Virus record (IMG/VR): IMGVR_UViG_3300022073_000094
Strand: one strand, 5' to 3'
Length of the DNA stretch: 64,000 nucleotides
DNA from: a virus
The notes under the pieces were generated by a model, which had not been told where the DNA came from, made no database searches, and was given only the letters and a program-made list of their open reading frames with translations. Positions 40,635 through 51,096 of this stretch are shown in pieces. Position numbers and translations under genes: made by a program. The number at the start of each line of letters is the position of its first letter. Positions within the stretch are counted from its first letter, which is position 1.

Positions 40635-41348
40635 ATGAATAATTTTGGTCGTCAACGTCAAAATCCTTACTCTTGGATTGTTCCTGGAGTTATTGTCATT
40701 TTAGATTTGTTGATGTATTTACTTGCTTATACAAAGCAACCAAAAGGTTTAATTAAAGGTTTTTCAGACAAAACTTTAATTTATGCAGGTGCACTTAATG
40801 GTGACAGTCCTTTTTATCGTATTATGACAAGCGTATTATTAAGTAGTTCGTTGTATATTTTAATTATTTCGTTAATCATTCTTATTTTAACTTGGGTTTA
40901 TATGGAGAAAATGTATGGCTTTGGCTTATATGTTGCATCATTACTTTTATTAATTGTGATTGCAGGCTTTTTAGCTCAACATTTAACGCCTGAACATGTG
41001 ACAGCAAGTTTAATCACAGCTTTAGCAGGTTTAGTAGGCATGCTTTTAGCTGCTTATATTAAATTAAAAGAGCAAGACATAATGATTATTTTGATTATTA
41101 ATGGGGTTCTTTTAATTGCATCATTTTTTGTTCCGGGTCATGAAGCAGTCAATATTATTATCACAATTATTATGTTTGTGATTGGTATTGTATTAGGCTT
41201 TATTGCAATCATGTTAAGCTATAAAATTGCTGAAATAGAAGAAACAAATCGTTATAAACAACAATTAAAAGAAGAAGAAAAAAGACGTAAAGAAGCTGAA
41301 CGTCAACAAAAACAAATTGATAAAATTCGTCGTAAACAAAGCAAGTAG
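40635..41348 (+). CDS. rhomboid-fold membrane protein lacking catalytic Ser/His (pseudoprotease)
   Basis: GA....FYRIMTS (WR-loop position), MEKMYG, GLVGML; GASG replaced by SLIT and no TM6 His; basic coiled-coil tail. Confidence 0.55.
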   Translation: MNNFGRQRQNPYSWIVPGVIVILDLLMYLLAYTKQPKGLIKGFSDKTLIYAGALNGDSPFYRIMTSVLLSSSLYILIISLIILILTWVYMEKMYGFGLYVASLLLLIVIAGFLAQHLTPEHVTASLITALAGLVGMLLAAYIKLKEQDIMIILIINGVLLIASFFVPGHEAVNIIITIIMFVIGIVLGFIAIMLSYKIAEIEETNRYKQQLKEEEKRRKEAERQQKQIDKIRRKQSK

Positions 41349-41446
41349 ATTTATATTTTATCTATCTACTTGCCATTTTTTTATTTACTCTTAAGTAATA
41401 CTATGATACTATTAACTTATAATTAAAAAGAAAGAGGTTTAAACAT

Positions 41447-42289
41447 ATGAATACAGAAGTATTACGATTAATGAGATTTATAGAGAATCTTAATACACAA
41501 TATTTTAAGGAGATTAATATCTCTCGTTCTCAGCTTTATGAGATCAAAAGAGATCCGCGTTTACTTTATAAATCACGATTAGAAACAGTTTTAAAGTTAT
41601 ATGATTATATGCATCAGCATGAAGAATTAAAACATGAACAAGTTAAAAATGTGATTGATGATGAACAATTTCAAAGCGCTTTAAAAGATGAAGAAGAAAC
41701 TATTAAAGCATTAAATTTAGATCATTATGTTGGCGTTGACTTAGGCTCTAAACATCTTATTGCAGCATCAAATAATGATTTAAGTCAAACATTTATTGCT
41801 AAAACTCAAAATATTAATCGTCTGACTAATATTTATAATAGAGAGCGTAAACAAGCACAAAGATCAGAATTTAAAACGCTTGCAACAACCTTATGTAATA
41901 AATTTACAACTCAAGTTGAGGGTGAGATTAATTATCAAGTTAATCAATTGCTTAAAGAGTTTGATGACGATGCAATCTTTGTTGTAGGTGATCAATGCTT
42001 TAGAAATGGTCAAGCAGTAAAAGATCAAACTTCATCTAATTATATTATTTGGTCATTAATTATTAAGCAATTTAGACGTAAGCTTGAGGATCAAAATAGA
42101 TTAATTATTATTAATGAGTCGGGTAGCTCAATTAAATGTCCAAATTGTCATAAATCTAAAAAATCAAATCGCACAATTGATAATCGATTTCATTGTAAAA
42201 GTTGTGGCTTTAAACATGAATCTGACGACGTTGTTGCAGCTGTAAATATTTTAAATAAATATTTAGCAAAAAACATGGACAAATTATAG
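41447..42289 (+). CDS. HTH fused to a truncated TnpB-like RuvC/zinc-ribbon domain
   Basis: N-terminal ISRSQLYEIK HTH; VGVDLG (RuvC-I), INESGSS, CPNC..CKSC, DDVVAAVNI (RuvC-III); only 280 aa; no tnpA or IS ends; family promoter. Confidence 0.75.
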   Translation: MNTEVLRLMRFIENLNTQYFKEINISRSQLYEIKRDPRLLYKSRLETVLKLYDYMHQHEELKHEQVKNVIDDEQFQSALKDEEETIKALNLDHYVGVDLGSKHLIAASNNDLSQTFIAKTQNINRLTNIYNRERKQAQRSEFKTLATTLCNKFTTQVEGEINYQVNQLLKEFDDDAIFVVGDQCFRNGQAVKDQTSSNYIIWSLIIKQFRRKLEDQNRLIIINESGSSIKCPNCHKSKKSNRTIDNRFHCKSCGFKHESDDVVAAVNILNKYLAKNMDKL

Positions 42290-42304
42290 AGGAAGTGTTT
42301 TGAG

Positions 42305-42802
42305 ATGAAAATTTCTTATGAAGATATTTCAATTTTTTATTCAATCACACATAATCAAATTTTTTGGTTTGCAATTATTCTATTTGTGATTGCATGCATC
42401 TTTATATCTTTTAGAGTTTATGCAAAAAGTTTAAAAAAAGCAGCAGTTTTTAATATGATTTCAATTTTGTTTGGATCAGTTTGTGTAATTGTACTTATGA
42501 TCGCTCTTTTATTGACGATTAATGAATGCCATAATTCATATAAGGTCACGATAAAAGGTACACAACAACCTGAAAGTGTGTTTGTTTCAAATGATCAAAA
42601 GCTTTTAATTTTTAACACACAAAATCAGAATGTGATGCTTAAAGTGAGTGCTAGTTCTAAGGTTAAGAAAAATGATGACATAAAGCTTAAAACAATTCAA
42701 CCTATTATTATGAAAAAGAATAAAATTGATCAACATAAAGACATTACACTTAATGAATTTATGACAAATTATAAAGTTATCAAATATGATAAAGAGGAGT
42801 GA
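42305..42802 (+). CDS. 2-TM membrane protein
   Basis: two N-terminal TMs. Confidence 0.75.
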   Translation: MKISYEDISIFYSITHNQIFWFAIILFVIACIFISFRVYAKSLKKAAVFNMISILFGSVCVIVLMIALLLTINECHNSYKVTIKGTQQPESVFVSNDQKLLIFNTQNQNVMLKVSASSKVKKNDDIKLKTIQPIIMKKNKIDQHKDITLNEFMTNYKVIKYDKEE

Positions 42803-43209
42803 AAAAGATGGAATTAAATTTAAATGATTTTAAAATTGATCACAATGAGATCGCACAAACAATTCAATATATAATTAATCATAAAACAATGTTAATCACA
42901 CTTATCATATTTAGTGTGCTTGCTCTCATATTTATGATGTTATTTATGATCATTATTTCATACGACACTGACGATGGTCATAAACGTAATTATGGTAAAG
43001 ATCATGTAGGGTATATGCATTATTTATACGATGACTTAAGACAACTTGGTTATTCTCATGAAGAAGCAACTCAGCGTGTGACTTTTGCAGGACATTATTG
43101 TAATGCTAAAAAGAAAAGAGTAAAGCTCCCACAACGCGTTGTCAATTATGTAAAAAGTCAAGATTTTAATCCACGTAATTACTTTGGACGGCTTAATTAT
43201 TACGAATAG
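42799..43209 (+). CDS. single-TM membrane protein
   Basis: GTGA overlap, one TM. Confidence 0.7.
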   Translation: MKKMELNLNDFKIDHNEIAQTIQYIINHKTMLITLIIFSVLALIFMMLFMIIISYDTDDGHKRNYGKDHVGYMHYLYDDLRQLGYSHEEATQRVTFAGHYCNAKKKRVKLPQRVVNYVKSQDFNPRNYFGRLNYYE

Positions 43210-43224
43210 AAAGGTTTGATAAAA

Positions 43225-43350
43225 ATGATTCAACTTATTTTTGTGTTCCCACTCTTAATTTTATTTATCTTGCTTTCAGTTTTAAGCATTAAAGGAAATA
43301 AGTCAATTGATGTAGAAAAGTCTAAAAAAGAAGAAGATAAGAAGAAATAA
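43225..43350 (+). CDS. 41-aa membrane peptide MIQLIFVFPLLILFILLSVLSIKGNKS...KKK (not in ORF track)
   Basis: RBS GAAAGG, TM plus charged tail. Confidence 0.6.
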   Translation: MIQLIFVFPLLILFILLSVLSIKGNKSIDVEKSKKEEDKKK

Positions 43351-43386
43351 AATGATTGATATTAGCTTTAATTAAAGCATTATTTT

Positions 43387-43451
43387 AGCCCCCTGCTCGG
43401 TACCTTAAAAGTCTGATTCGCAGACCGCTTAGAGTACTTAAAAAGGGGGCT
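43387..43451 (-). repeat. dispersed imperfect palindrome P3
   Basis: reverse complement reads CCCCC..AAGTACTCTAAGCGGTCTGC..CAGACTT..GGTAC..GGGGG, near P7. Confidence 0.8.
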
Positions 43452-43707
43452 TTTATAACGGTTAATATTTATGCTTACTATGATCTCTTATAAAGATATA
43501 TCTAAAATATACACTAAAAAATCAAAGTATAAATTTTTTTCTTTATCCTTTACTCATCATTAATCAAGATATATAATTTAAATTAACCTTCTTTTTATGT
43601 ATTAAGAGCAGATTATTTATCTAAATAGTCTGCTCTTTTTTCATGTCTTATTTAAGCACTTTATTTCAATCTCTTAATTAATCATTCCATCAATTACATA
43701 TTTTTTT

Positions 43708-43727
43708 AGTATATATTTTAAATATAC
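43708..43727. promoter_or_regulatory. operator-like motif AGTRTAT(AT)TTTARRTATAY (example; about 7 copies)
   Basis: also ~27941-27965 (rc), 43494-43520 (rc), ~48420, 56657, 57627, 63530. Confidence 0.55.
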
Positions 43728-43765
43728 TTTTACATATTATAAAAAAAGAGAGCAAGCTTAAGTGC

Positions 43766-44311
43766 TTACTCTTCAATTTTTAACGCATCTTTTTTAGGTT
43801 TATTGACAATAAATAATTGATCATGGTCACCTTTATATTCATGATGTTCTTTCCAATTGTGATTTGGATAAGTGATTATCACATTATAATGATTATAGTA
43901 GTCATTGACAGTATCAGGATCCCTCAATTGTTCAAGATTAAATCCATGTTTAATTTTAATTGAAGCTTTAGGTTTTTTTAAAGTTGAATCAAATTTTTCT
44001 TTAACATGATTTGCACTTACGTTCATCAATTTATCTTTATGATGACGATGATAAATAATTTGTATTGTTTCGCTAGGCATTCTATAATATGTCATTCGAC
44101 CTCGTTCTGTTTTTTTAATTACTTCACCATTTTTAATATTTTCAACACTTAAAGGAGTCACTGTAAAATTAAGTTTTTGTTCTTCATTAGTGATTTTAGG
44201 ATTATTATATTCTGAAAATTCAGATACAATAATCGCAGTCAGACTAATAATCAATAGTCCTATAACTAAACATCCTACTATAAGTGTATGAGATTCATCT
44301 TTTTTATTCAT
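43766..44311 (-). CDS. membrane-anchored extracellular protein
   Basis: N-terminal TM, RBS GAAAGGA. Confidence 0.75.
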   Translation of the reverse strand: MNKKDESHTLIVGCLVIGLLIISLTAIIVSEFSEYNNPKITNEEQKLNFTVTPLSVENIKNGEVIKKTERGRMTYYRMPSETIQIIYHRHHKDKLMNVSANHVKEKFDSTLKKPKASIKIKHGFNLEQLRDPDTVNDYYNHYNVIITYPNHNWKEHHEYKGDHDQLFIVNKPKKDALKIEE

Positions 44312-44463
44312 TTAAATATCCTTTCTTTTTTTTTTTTTTTTTTTCAATTTTATTTTATATCTATTCATATATTTAAGTAAACATAAGCTCTTACTGTTTA
44401 CATAATAATAGTATCATGATATTATTAAATTAACAAATCATTAAGAGAGAGGATTCAATACAT

Positions 44464-45279
44464 ATGAAAAAGATAATTTCAATTATTGTGACAATTTTAG
44501 TCGTGGCCTTTTTAGTTGTGAGTCATTTGCCAAAGCAAACTTTTAATCAACTTGCAGTGCCATTTAGTCATGCACATAATAATAAGAAAGTAAGTGTAAG
44601 TTCAGACACAGACTTAATTAAATTAAAATGGAACAAAAATGATTATCCTGCATATTATGCAAAATTAAATACAAAAGATTTAACAAATAGTGATAATGCG
44701 ATGATTAAAGGTTTAAAATCAAAAGACAAAAAAGAAGCTTTTAAATATGACGGTTTAGATCAAAAAGGAAGATCTGGTAATGCTTATGGATTAGTCACAT
44801 ATGAAAGTGTGAAACATCATAATTCAAGCGAGATGCAACGTCCTTCATTTGATAGTGATGCAGATCCATCTGGTTGGCCCGATCATAATCCTAAAATGCA
44901 AACAGGTGATTATAGAGGTTATTTATATAACAGATCACATTCAATTGCTTGGAGTTTAGGTGGATCAATGAATAGAGAAAATTTAACAACTGGGACTCGT
45001 GCTCAAAATGTTGGAACTCGTGGGCATGAAGGGGGCATGGCTTATTTAGAAAATAAAGTACGTGACACTGTTTATTCAAATCATTCGTTACAAGTTTATT
45101 ATAAAGTAAGACCTATTTATAAAGGACAAGAATCGTTACCCCGTGGCTCTGAAGTGACAGCGTATTCAATCAGCGATCATGGCCAAACTTTAAACGAACG
45201 AGTTTATGTGTTTAACGCTCAAAAAGGAGTGAACATTAATTATGCAAACGGACAAGCATCAGGACAATATTTACAATAA
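44464..45279 (+). CDS. secreted DNA/RNA non-specific endonuclease (EndA/streptodornase-like)
   Basis: signal anchor; GLDQKGRSG, YNRSHSIAWSLGG, NLTTGTRAQN, GGMAYLENKVR. Confidence 0.88.
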   Translation: MKKIISIIVTILVVAFLVVSHLPKQTFNQLAVPFSHAHNNKKVSVSSDTDLIKLKWNKNDYPAYYAKLNTKDLTNSDNAMIKGLKSKDKKEAFKYDGLDQKGRSGNAYGLVTYESVKHHNSSEMQRPSFDSDADPSGWPDHNPKMQTGDYRGYLYNRSHSIAWSLGGSMNRENLTTGTRAQNVGTRGHEGGMAYLENKVRDTVYSNHSLQVYYKVRPIYKGQESLPRGSEVTAYSISDHGQTLNERVYVFNAQKGVNINYANGQASGQYLQ

Positions 45280-45299
45280 AAATAAAGGAGCATTTTAAA

Positions 45300-45764
45300 A
45301 TGGAAATATCAATTGACAAATATTTTGATTATTTAGATCAAATTAAGAAAGAAAATAAAATTCGTCAACTTCAATATAGTGATTTATCTATTGTAAAAAG
45401 AAAATTTATTTTAAATGAATTATCAAATGTCTTGTATGATTTAAAAAGCATTGATTCATATGATACTAATGAAATTCATACATCATCAGATCAATTAAAT
45501 CAAACTCTCAAAAGCCATTTAAGTCATTATTTTAAAGAACTAATTAAATTAACGTGTGAATTTTATGGTTATGATAACATTGTAGAATCTAGTCGATTTT
45601 TAATCGATAGTTATATTGTGATGCCATTACTTGCAAATGGTAATGATGAATTAAATCAATTATTATTTGTGACTAATGAATTATTTGAAGTTTCTCTTTT
45701 TGGTTACCTTGATGAAATGATAGACTTATTTATTATTTTTGATCAAAAATATGATTTACTATAA
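45300..45764 (+). CDS. hypothetical protein
   Basis: RBS AAAGGAG. Confidence 0.75.
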   Translation: MEISIDKYFDYLDQIKKENKIRQLQYSDLSIVKRKFILNELSNVLYDLKSIDSYDTNEIHTSSDQLNQTLKSHLSHYFKELIKLTCEFYGYDNIVESSRFLIDSYIVMPLLANGNDELNQLLFVTNELFEVSLFGYLDEMIDLFIIFDQKYDLL

Positions 45765-45784
45765 AAGAAAGGAATGAATAATTA

Positions 45785-46348
45785 ATGGATAATAAAAATA
45801 AATTTAAGGATATTAAACAAATTATATTAGATGGCAATTCTGATCAAAAAGAGCAATATAAAAAATCTTCTGAGGATCTATTAATTAAATACATTAATGA
45901 AATTAATGATTTTAAAAAAAGAATTGAAGAAAAATATCATAATAATGGTATCAATAATGTTAGTTTTTCTATTCAATCATCTTATACGTGGCTAGGTGAT
46001 GATTTAGAAATTAAATCTAATTATGGTGACAAAATGTCGATTTTTGAAGAACGTAAGAATGTTATTGAGTATGATGAAATTGATATTAATGATCCAAAGG
46101 AAGAAATTCAACTTGAAATTTATCAAACCGAAACAATGTTTGATCAGTTTAAAGGTAAAATTTATAAAAATAATGATGGTTATTATCTTGAGTTAAAACC
46201 AAAATATGATGGAGAAGATCATTTAATATTCAATACAATTCAAGACTTATTAGATTTTTATTGCGAAAGAGATGAAATTCATCAAAGATTTGATCATTAT
46301 GGCTCATTTTTAGATTCTGATAGATCTATTGAATATGAAATTAGATAA
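45785..46348 (+). CDS. acidic hypothetical protein
   Basis: RBS GAAAGGA. Confidence 0.75.
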   Translation: MDNKNKFKDIKQIILDGNSDQKEQYKKSSEDLLIKYINEINDFKKRIEEKYHNNGINNVSFSIQSSYTWLGDDLEIKSNYGDKMSIFEERKNVIEYDEIDINDPKEEIQLEIYQTETMFDQFKGKIYKNNDGYYLELKPKYDGEDHLIFNTIQDLLDFYCERDEIHQRFDHYGSFLDSDRSIEYEIR

Positions 46349-46488
46349 TATTTTATATGTATCAATTTATAAAATTAAGAAATGAGACGATTTGAATTGT
46401 TTTCTTTACTATACGACTTATTAGAAGTTTTAGTTGTATTTTGCGTCATATAAAAATGTTATAATAAATTGTGAGGTGAATAAAAACA

Positions 46489-47829
46489 ATGAAAAATCCG
46501 AGTGAAATCATTAAAGATCAGATCAATGAAACAGTCTCAGGTGTACAAGAAATTATGATTGATTCAACAATGTCGTCAGTTATTGATGAAGAACGAATTG
46601 ATCAAGTCATTGGATCTTATACAGCGGAGTCAACTTATAAAAATGATCATTGTGATTTAATCATTGATGGACAAAAATATGAAAATTTAAATATTATGTT
46701 TAATACTTTCATACAAGTCCCAACTTTTATTGCGATGATTAATTATTCAAATAAGACAATTAGTTTTTTAAATGAAGATGTGAAATCTCATCCAAGAGTG
46801 CTTAATCAAGGCTTTAAATTAATTAAATGTGAAGATCATGATGGATCACAACTTGAACTAGATGATACGAAGTTAAAAGAAGCTATTTTACAAGCGTTAG
46901 AAGATCATCAATTTGAGCTTATTTCAAATGCTTTATTAAATACAGGTGAACAATATCCATTAAGAGAAAAGATAGATAATAAAGAACTTGTTCAATCTTT
47001 AACAAATATTCAATCACCTTTACAAGCAACCGATAGAGCAACACGCAAATCAGTACAAAATCAAACCAAGCATGAGTTAGATAGAGTTTTTAATCGCGTT
47101 CTCGCAAATTATGAACATCATTATAAGGTTGGTATATTAAAAAATACAGGTCATATTGCAGTTAAAAAGATTATGATTAATGAGTCTGATATGGGTGATG
47201 CTGTTATTTTAGTCAATAAAGAGCATCAATATATTGATGATGATCAAACCTTACAAGATGTTTCATATGTTCAAGATTGTGCAAAAATGATGGCGAATGT
47301 ATATTATAACAATTATATTAACAGTCCTCATTTTAAACATAAGATTGAAACACATCTTAATGCGCAACTTAGTCAAATACAAGAGCAAATACAAGTTGCA
47401 AATAAAGATATTAAAGTTGATGAAATTGAACCAATGCAAGCACCTCTATTAACTGATAGAGATCAATATACAACTGAGTTTAAGACAACATTAACTTATC
47501 GTTTAAATAATTCAGAGCTTTATACTTGGTTTACACGCGTTGATTTAAGATTTATCTTCATTCTTGACATTGAAGAAGGCAAAATACGATATTTTGTTTA
47601 TAATGGAAGTCCAAGATTAGGTGATTATGAAATTAACGATGAGGAATCAAATCGTAGCATTACAACACCTATCACAGAAGATGATTTAAAAGACAGAGGA
47701 ATTAAAGTATCTGATGAGCGTGTAAGTGAGGAAAATGAATTACGTGAAAAAGCAAAAAGTGAAATTGATACAGCACTTGAGAATATTACACAACAACTTG
47801 AGAAATATCAAGATGTTACAAACTTTTAA
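46489..47829 (+). CDS. hypothetical protein (446 aa)
   Basis: promoter TTGCGT..TATAAT, RBS GAGGTG. Confidence 0.8.
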   Translation: MKNPSEIIKDQINETVSGVQEIMIDSTMSSVIDEERIDQVIGSYTAESTYKNDHCDLIIDGQKYENLNIMFNTFIQVPTFIAMINYSNKTISFLNEDVKSHPRVLNQGFKLIKCEDHDGSQLELDDTKLKEAILQALEDHQFELISNALLNTGEQYPLREKIDNKELVQSLTNIQSPLQATDRATRKSVQNQTKHELDRVFNRVLANYEHHYKVGILKNTGHIAVKKIMINESDMGDAVILVNKEHQYIDDDQTLQDVSYVQDCAKMMANVYYNNYINSPHFKHKIETHLNAQLSQIQEQIQVANKDIKVDEIEPMQAPLLTDRDQYTTEFKTTLTYRLNNSELYTWFTRVDLRFIFILDIEEGKIRYFVYNGSPRLGDYEINDEESNRSITTPITEDDLKDRGIKVSDERVSEENELREKAKSEIDTALENITQQLEKYQDVTNF

Positions 47830-47845
47830 TTAAAAAAGAAAGGAA

Positions 47846-48355
47846 ATGATTGATATGTCTATGTCTGAAATTTATACAAAATCAACTCTAGAGAAAAAAG
47901 TTAAAAACAGAATCTATTTTGAGTTTACATTTAAATTTAATTCATTTTTAATTGATAATGCGTTAAAAAATGTTGATCAATTACGTATTTTAATTGTAAG
48001 TGATAGAGAACTTTCACCCGTTTTACTTGAAAATTTTATACACGAAAATTTAGAAAAAGATAAAAATCTTAGAAGTAAAGATGGACTACAACATCATTTG
48101 ACACAAGTGAATATCGAAGATTTTATAAATAAAAAAGATGATGATTATAAAAATGATATAATTTATTCATATAATATTAATAGCATAAAAAGAAACAGCT
48201 TATTTGATAAAGATTTTGAAGATTTAGATGAGCAATTTATTAACATATATGATTATTATCCAATAGCTTATCTATTTGAAGTTGATTTAAGTGATCTTGA
48301 TTTTAAAAATACAGAAGATGAAGAATTTACGCTTGATATTGATGACTTTAAATAA
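47846..48355 (+). CDS. hypothetical protein
   Basis: ORF followed by a hairpin terminator at 48366-48418. Confidence 0.75.
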   Translation: MIDMSMSEIYTKSTLEKKVKNRIYFEFTFKFNSFLIDNALKNVDQLRILIVSDRELSPVLLENFIHENLEKDKNLRSKDGLQHHLTQVNIEDFINKKDDDYKNDIIYSYNINSIKRNSLFDKDFEDLDEQFINIYDYYPIAYLFEVDLSDLDFKNTEDEEFTLDIDDFK

Positions 48356-48541
48356 AAAGAATAAAATTATTTTAAGAGATCTTATTTATTTAAGGTCTCT
48401 TAAAATAATAGCTTTTTTTAATATATATTTTAAATATACTTCTAAAAAGAAAAATGATATAATCTAAATATTTTAAACAAAAGTATGTAATCTAATATAA
48501 ATTTGTATTATAATGTATTTATAAGGGGGTTATAAATACAA

Positions 48542-49126
48542 ATGAAAGCATCAGAAGTAATGAAAACATTAAGAATTTCACGTTCTTCTTTAGCTAATTA
48601 TAAGGCTGACGGAAGAATAAGAGCAACTAAACGATATAATGGGCTATATGATTATTGTGATGAAGATGTTTATCGATTAATAAATCAAAATCAGCCTAGA
48701 ATGAATGTGATTTATTCTAGAGTTTCTACTCGTAAACAAAAGAAAGATTTAGAAAATCAAGAAAATCTTCTTAAACAATATTGTTTAAATCAAGGTCTTA
48801 TTATTAATAGAAGTTATAAAGATATTGATTCAGGTATTTCTTTTGAAAATCGTAAAGAATTTTTTGAATTGCTAGATTTAGTAATTAATTATAAAGTTGA
48901 TAAAATAATTATTACTTATAAAGATCGATTAAGCAGAGTAGGTTTTGAATTATTTAAAACTTTATTTGAAAAATTTGGAACGGAGATTATTGTTATTTCA
49001 GAGTTAGGATCTGAAAAGATTGATTCAGAAGAAATTTTTGAAGAAATCGTTTCTTTATTGCATTGCTATTCAATGAAATTATATACTAAGAGAAAAAATA
49101 AGCAGATTAAGGATCTAATTAAATGA
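48542..49126 (+). CDS. tnpA: IS607 serine transposase
   Basis: N-terminal MerR-like HTH, IYSRVSTRKQKKDLENQ catalytic motif, KDRLSRVGF. Confidence 0.93.
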   Translation: MKASEVMKTLRISRSSLANYKADGRIRATKRYNGLYDYCDEDVYRLINQNQPRMNVIYSRVSTRKQKKDLENQENLLKQYCLNQGLIINRSYKDIDSGISFENRKEFFELLDLVINYKVDKIIITYKDRLSRVGFELFKTLFEKFGTEIIVISELGSEKIDSEEIFEEIVSLLHCYSMKLYTKRKNKQIKDLIK

Positions 49127-50331
49127 AATTAGTTGAAATTCATAAGATTAATCGCAAGTCAAAATATTATTCTTTGTTTGAAGAGTTATGTAAAGAGTCA
49201 AATTCTTTATATAATCAAGCTTTATTTAAAGTTAAGCAATCTTTAAATAGAGAAAATAAATGGATGTTTTATTCAGATCTTAATCAATTTTGTAAAAATC
49301 GACCTGATAAATATAATAATTATAGGCGTTTACCCGCTCAATGTTCTCAACAAACTCTTAGACTATTAGATCAAAATTTAAAAGCATATCGTAATAGTAT
49401 TAAAGATTGGTCTAAAAATAAGTCTAAATATCTCGGTAAGCCAAAGTTTCCTAATTTTAAAAAATCTGGAGGCTTATTTCAGCTTATCTTAACAAGTCAA
49501 CAAGTGAAATATGATAGAGAATCATTACTTCTTAGATTTCCTAAAAATTTTAATTCATTTACTTTAAAATTAAGACAAAATCATACGACAAAAATTAATC
49601 AAGTTAGAATATTACCTAAAATTGATTGTTTTAAAATTGAGATTGTGTATGAAATAGAAGCAATTACAACTCAGAATCTTCATCATAATGTTGCATCAAT
49701 AGATCTTGGTCTTGAAAATTTAACTACTTTGGCGTTTTCAAATTGCAAAAGACCTTTAATTTATAAAGGAAGACGTCTTATCAAGATCAATCATAATTAT
49801 AATAGACAAATTAAGAAATATCAGTCAATTTTAAATAAAACTCAAAAGAAACAAAGAAGCAGTAAAAGATTAAGATCATTATATTTAAAAAGAAATAATA
49901 AAATAGAAGATCAAATGCATAAGATAAGCAAATCAATAGTTGATTGTCTTTTAGAGAATGACATCTCAATATTAATTATTGGGCATAACGTTAATCAAAA
50001 GCAAAAATCGACGTTAAAGAATTTTGTATCTTTGCCAATCTTCAAATTAATTCATTTCTTAAAATATAAATGTGAAATTAGAGGTATAAAAGTAGTTGAT
50101 ATAAATGAGTCTTATACATCAGGTACTTCTTTTTTAGACAAAGAAGATCCGATAAAAGAAAATTACAATAAGTTTAGAAGAATTAAAAGGGGCTTATTTA
50201 AGTCAAATAAAGGGCGCTTAATCAATAGCGACGTTAATTCTGCTTATCAAATTATGAAAAAATTCGATAAAAATTTAAATATTCAATATAATCATCAAAT
50301 TTTTAATCCACGAGTGATGTTTATTCAATAA
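49123..50331 (+). CDS. tnpB: TnpB RNA-guided nuclease
   Basis: SIDLG (RuvC-I), NESYTS, NSDVNSA (RuvC-III). Confidence 0.92.
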   Translation: MKLVEIHKINRKSKYYSLFEELCKESNSLYNQALFKVKQSLNRENKWMFYSDLNQFCKNRPDKYNNYRRLPAQCSQQTLRLLDQNLKAYRNSIKDWSKNKSKYLGKPKFPNFKKSGGLFQLILTSQQVKYDRESLLLRFPKNFNSFTLKLRQNHTTKINQVRILPKIDCFKIEIVYEIEAITTQNLHHNVASIDLGLENLTTLAFSNCKRPLIYKGRRLIKINHNYNRQIKKYQSILNKTQKKQRSSKRLRSLYLKRNNKIEDQMHKISKSIVDCLLENDISILIIGHNVNQKQKSTLKNFVSLPIFKLIHFLKYKCEIRGIKVVDINESYTSGTSFLDKEDPIKENYNKFRRIKRGLFKSNKGRLINSDVNSAYQIMKKFDKNLNIQYNHQIFNPRVMFIQ

Positions 50332-50554
50332 ACCAGCTTAGGATAGCGCTTTTGGTATAAGCGTGTTAGTTTAAATGATATAAAACGAAAGTTCTCTTAG
50401 ATAGTAAAGTAATTAAGTTTGAAAAGCTATTAAGTTATCATTAAACGACAAAGCAAATCGTTTTAACGTTAGAATGTTCAACTAGTATTTTAATTTTGAT
50501 ACAAAGTAAATATTTTAATCAGATTTGTGATACCTTAAGCTACCTTATCAATTT
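50300..50554 (+). ncRNA. predicted TnpB omega RNA (scaffold to 50534, guide from the flank)
   Basis: about 200 nt non-coding between the tnpB stop and the right end; conserved blocks shared with the orphan copies. Confidence 0.65.
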
Positions 50555-51088
50555 TTATCACCTCAAAAAGCAACTGACAATAATTCTCTCTACAAGTTTG
50601 ATATTAGTCACAATCAATATATTCAAGCTGTCATTTTTAATAATCAATCATCTATGAGTCTAACATATGACTTTGATTTGTTTCATAGAAGTAGAAGCTA
50701 TAGTTTTAGTGAAAATCTAATTCCTTATAATTTTAAGAGATTCGATATTATTTATAATGATCAATCTTATATTAACAATTTTGATGAAGATCATTTAGTC
50801 AAATCTCAATTTATAGATTTCATAAATCAATATGATGCATCACCACAAACACTTATTGATTTTTATATTCAATTAGTCAAACATAAACGACCTTCGTATG
50901 ATAAAATGTGTGAGATTATTGATCATTATGAAGAAGCAAAAGAAGAGTTTAAAAATATTAAAGTTGCAAATCGTAATGAGACACTTAATAAAATGCTTGA
51001 AGATAATCAAGATGTGATTGATCAAAATGATGATGATTATTTGACAACACGGAAAGAAGTTAAAAATTTACTTCATTCATTAAAATAG
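50535..51088 (+). pseudogene. 5'-truncated gene interrupted by IS607 (ORF track 50654..51088 is its distal part)
   Basis: the frame stays open from the IS end (LKLPYQFLSPQK...) into the ATG at 50654; no RBS at 50654. Confidence 0.6.
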
Positions 51089-51096
51089 AAAAGTTC

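Larger units (their letters stand above)
48460..50534 (+). mobile_element. IS607-family element (tnpA-tnpB); left end approximate, right end ...GATACC at 50534
   Basis: overlapping tnpA/tnpB; right end defined by alignment with three other copies and by an interrupted reading frame resuming at ~50535. Confidence 0.85.

Noticed and set aside
48460-50534. IS607 element as an IStron (group I intron hybrid)
   Set aside because: No P7 GACTA/TAGTC core like those in the nrdE introns was found in its ends
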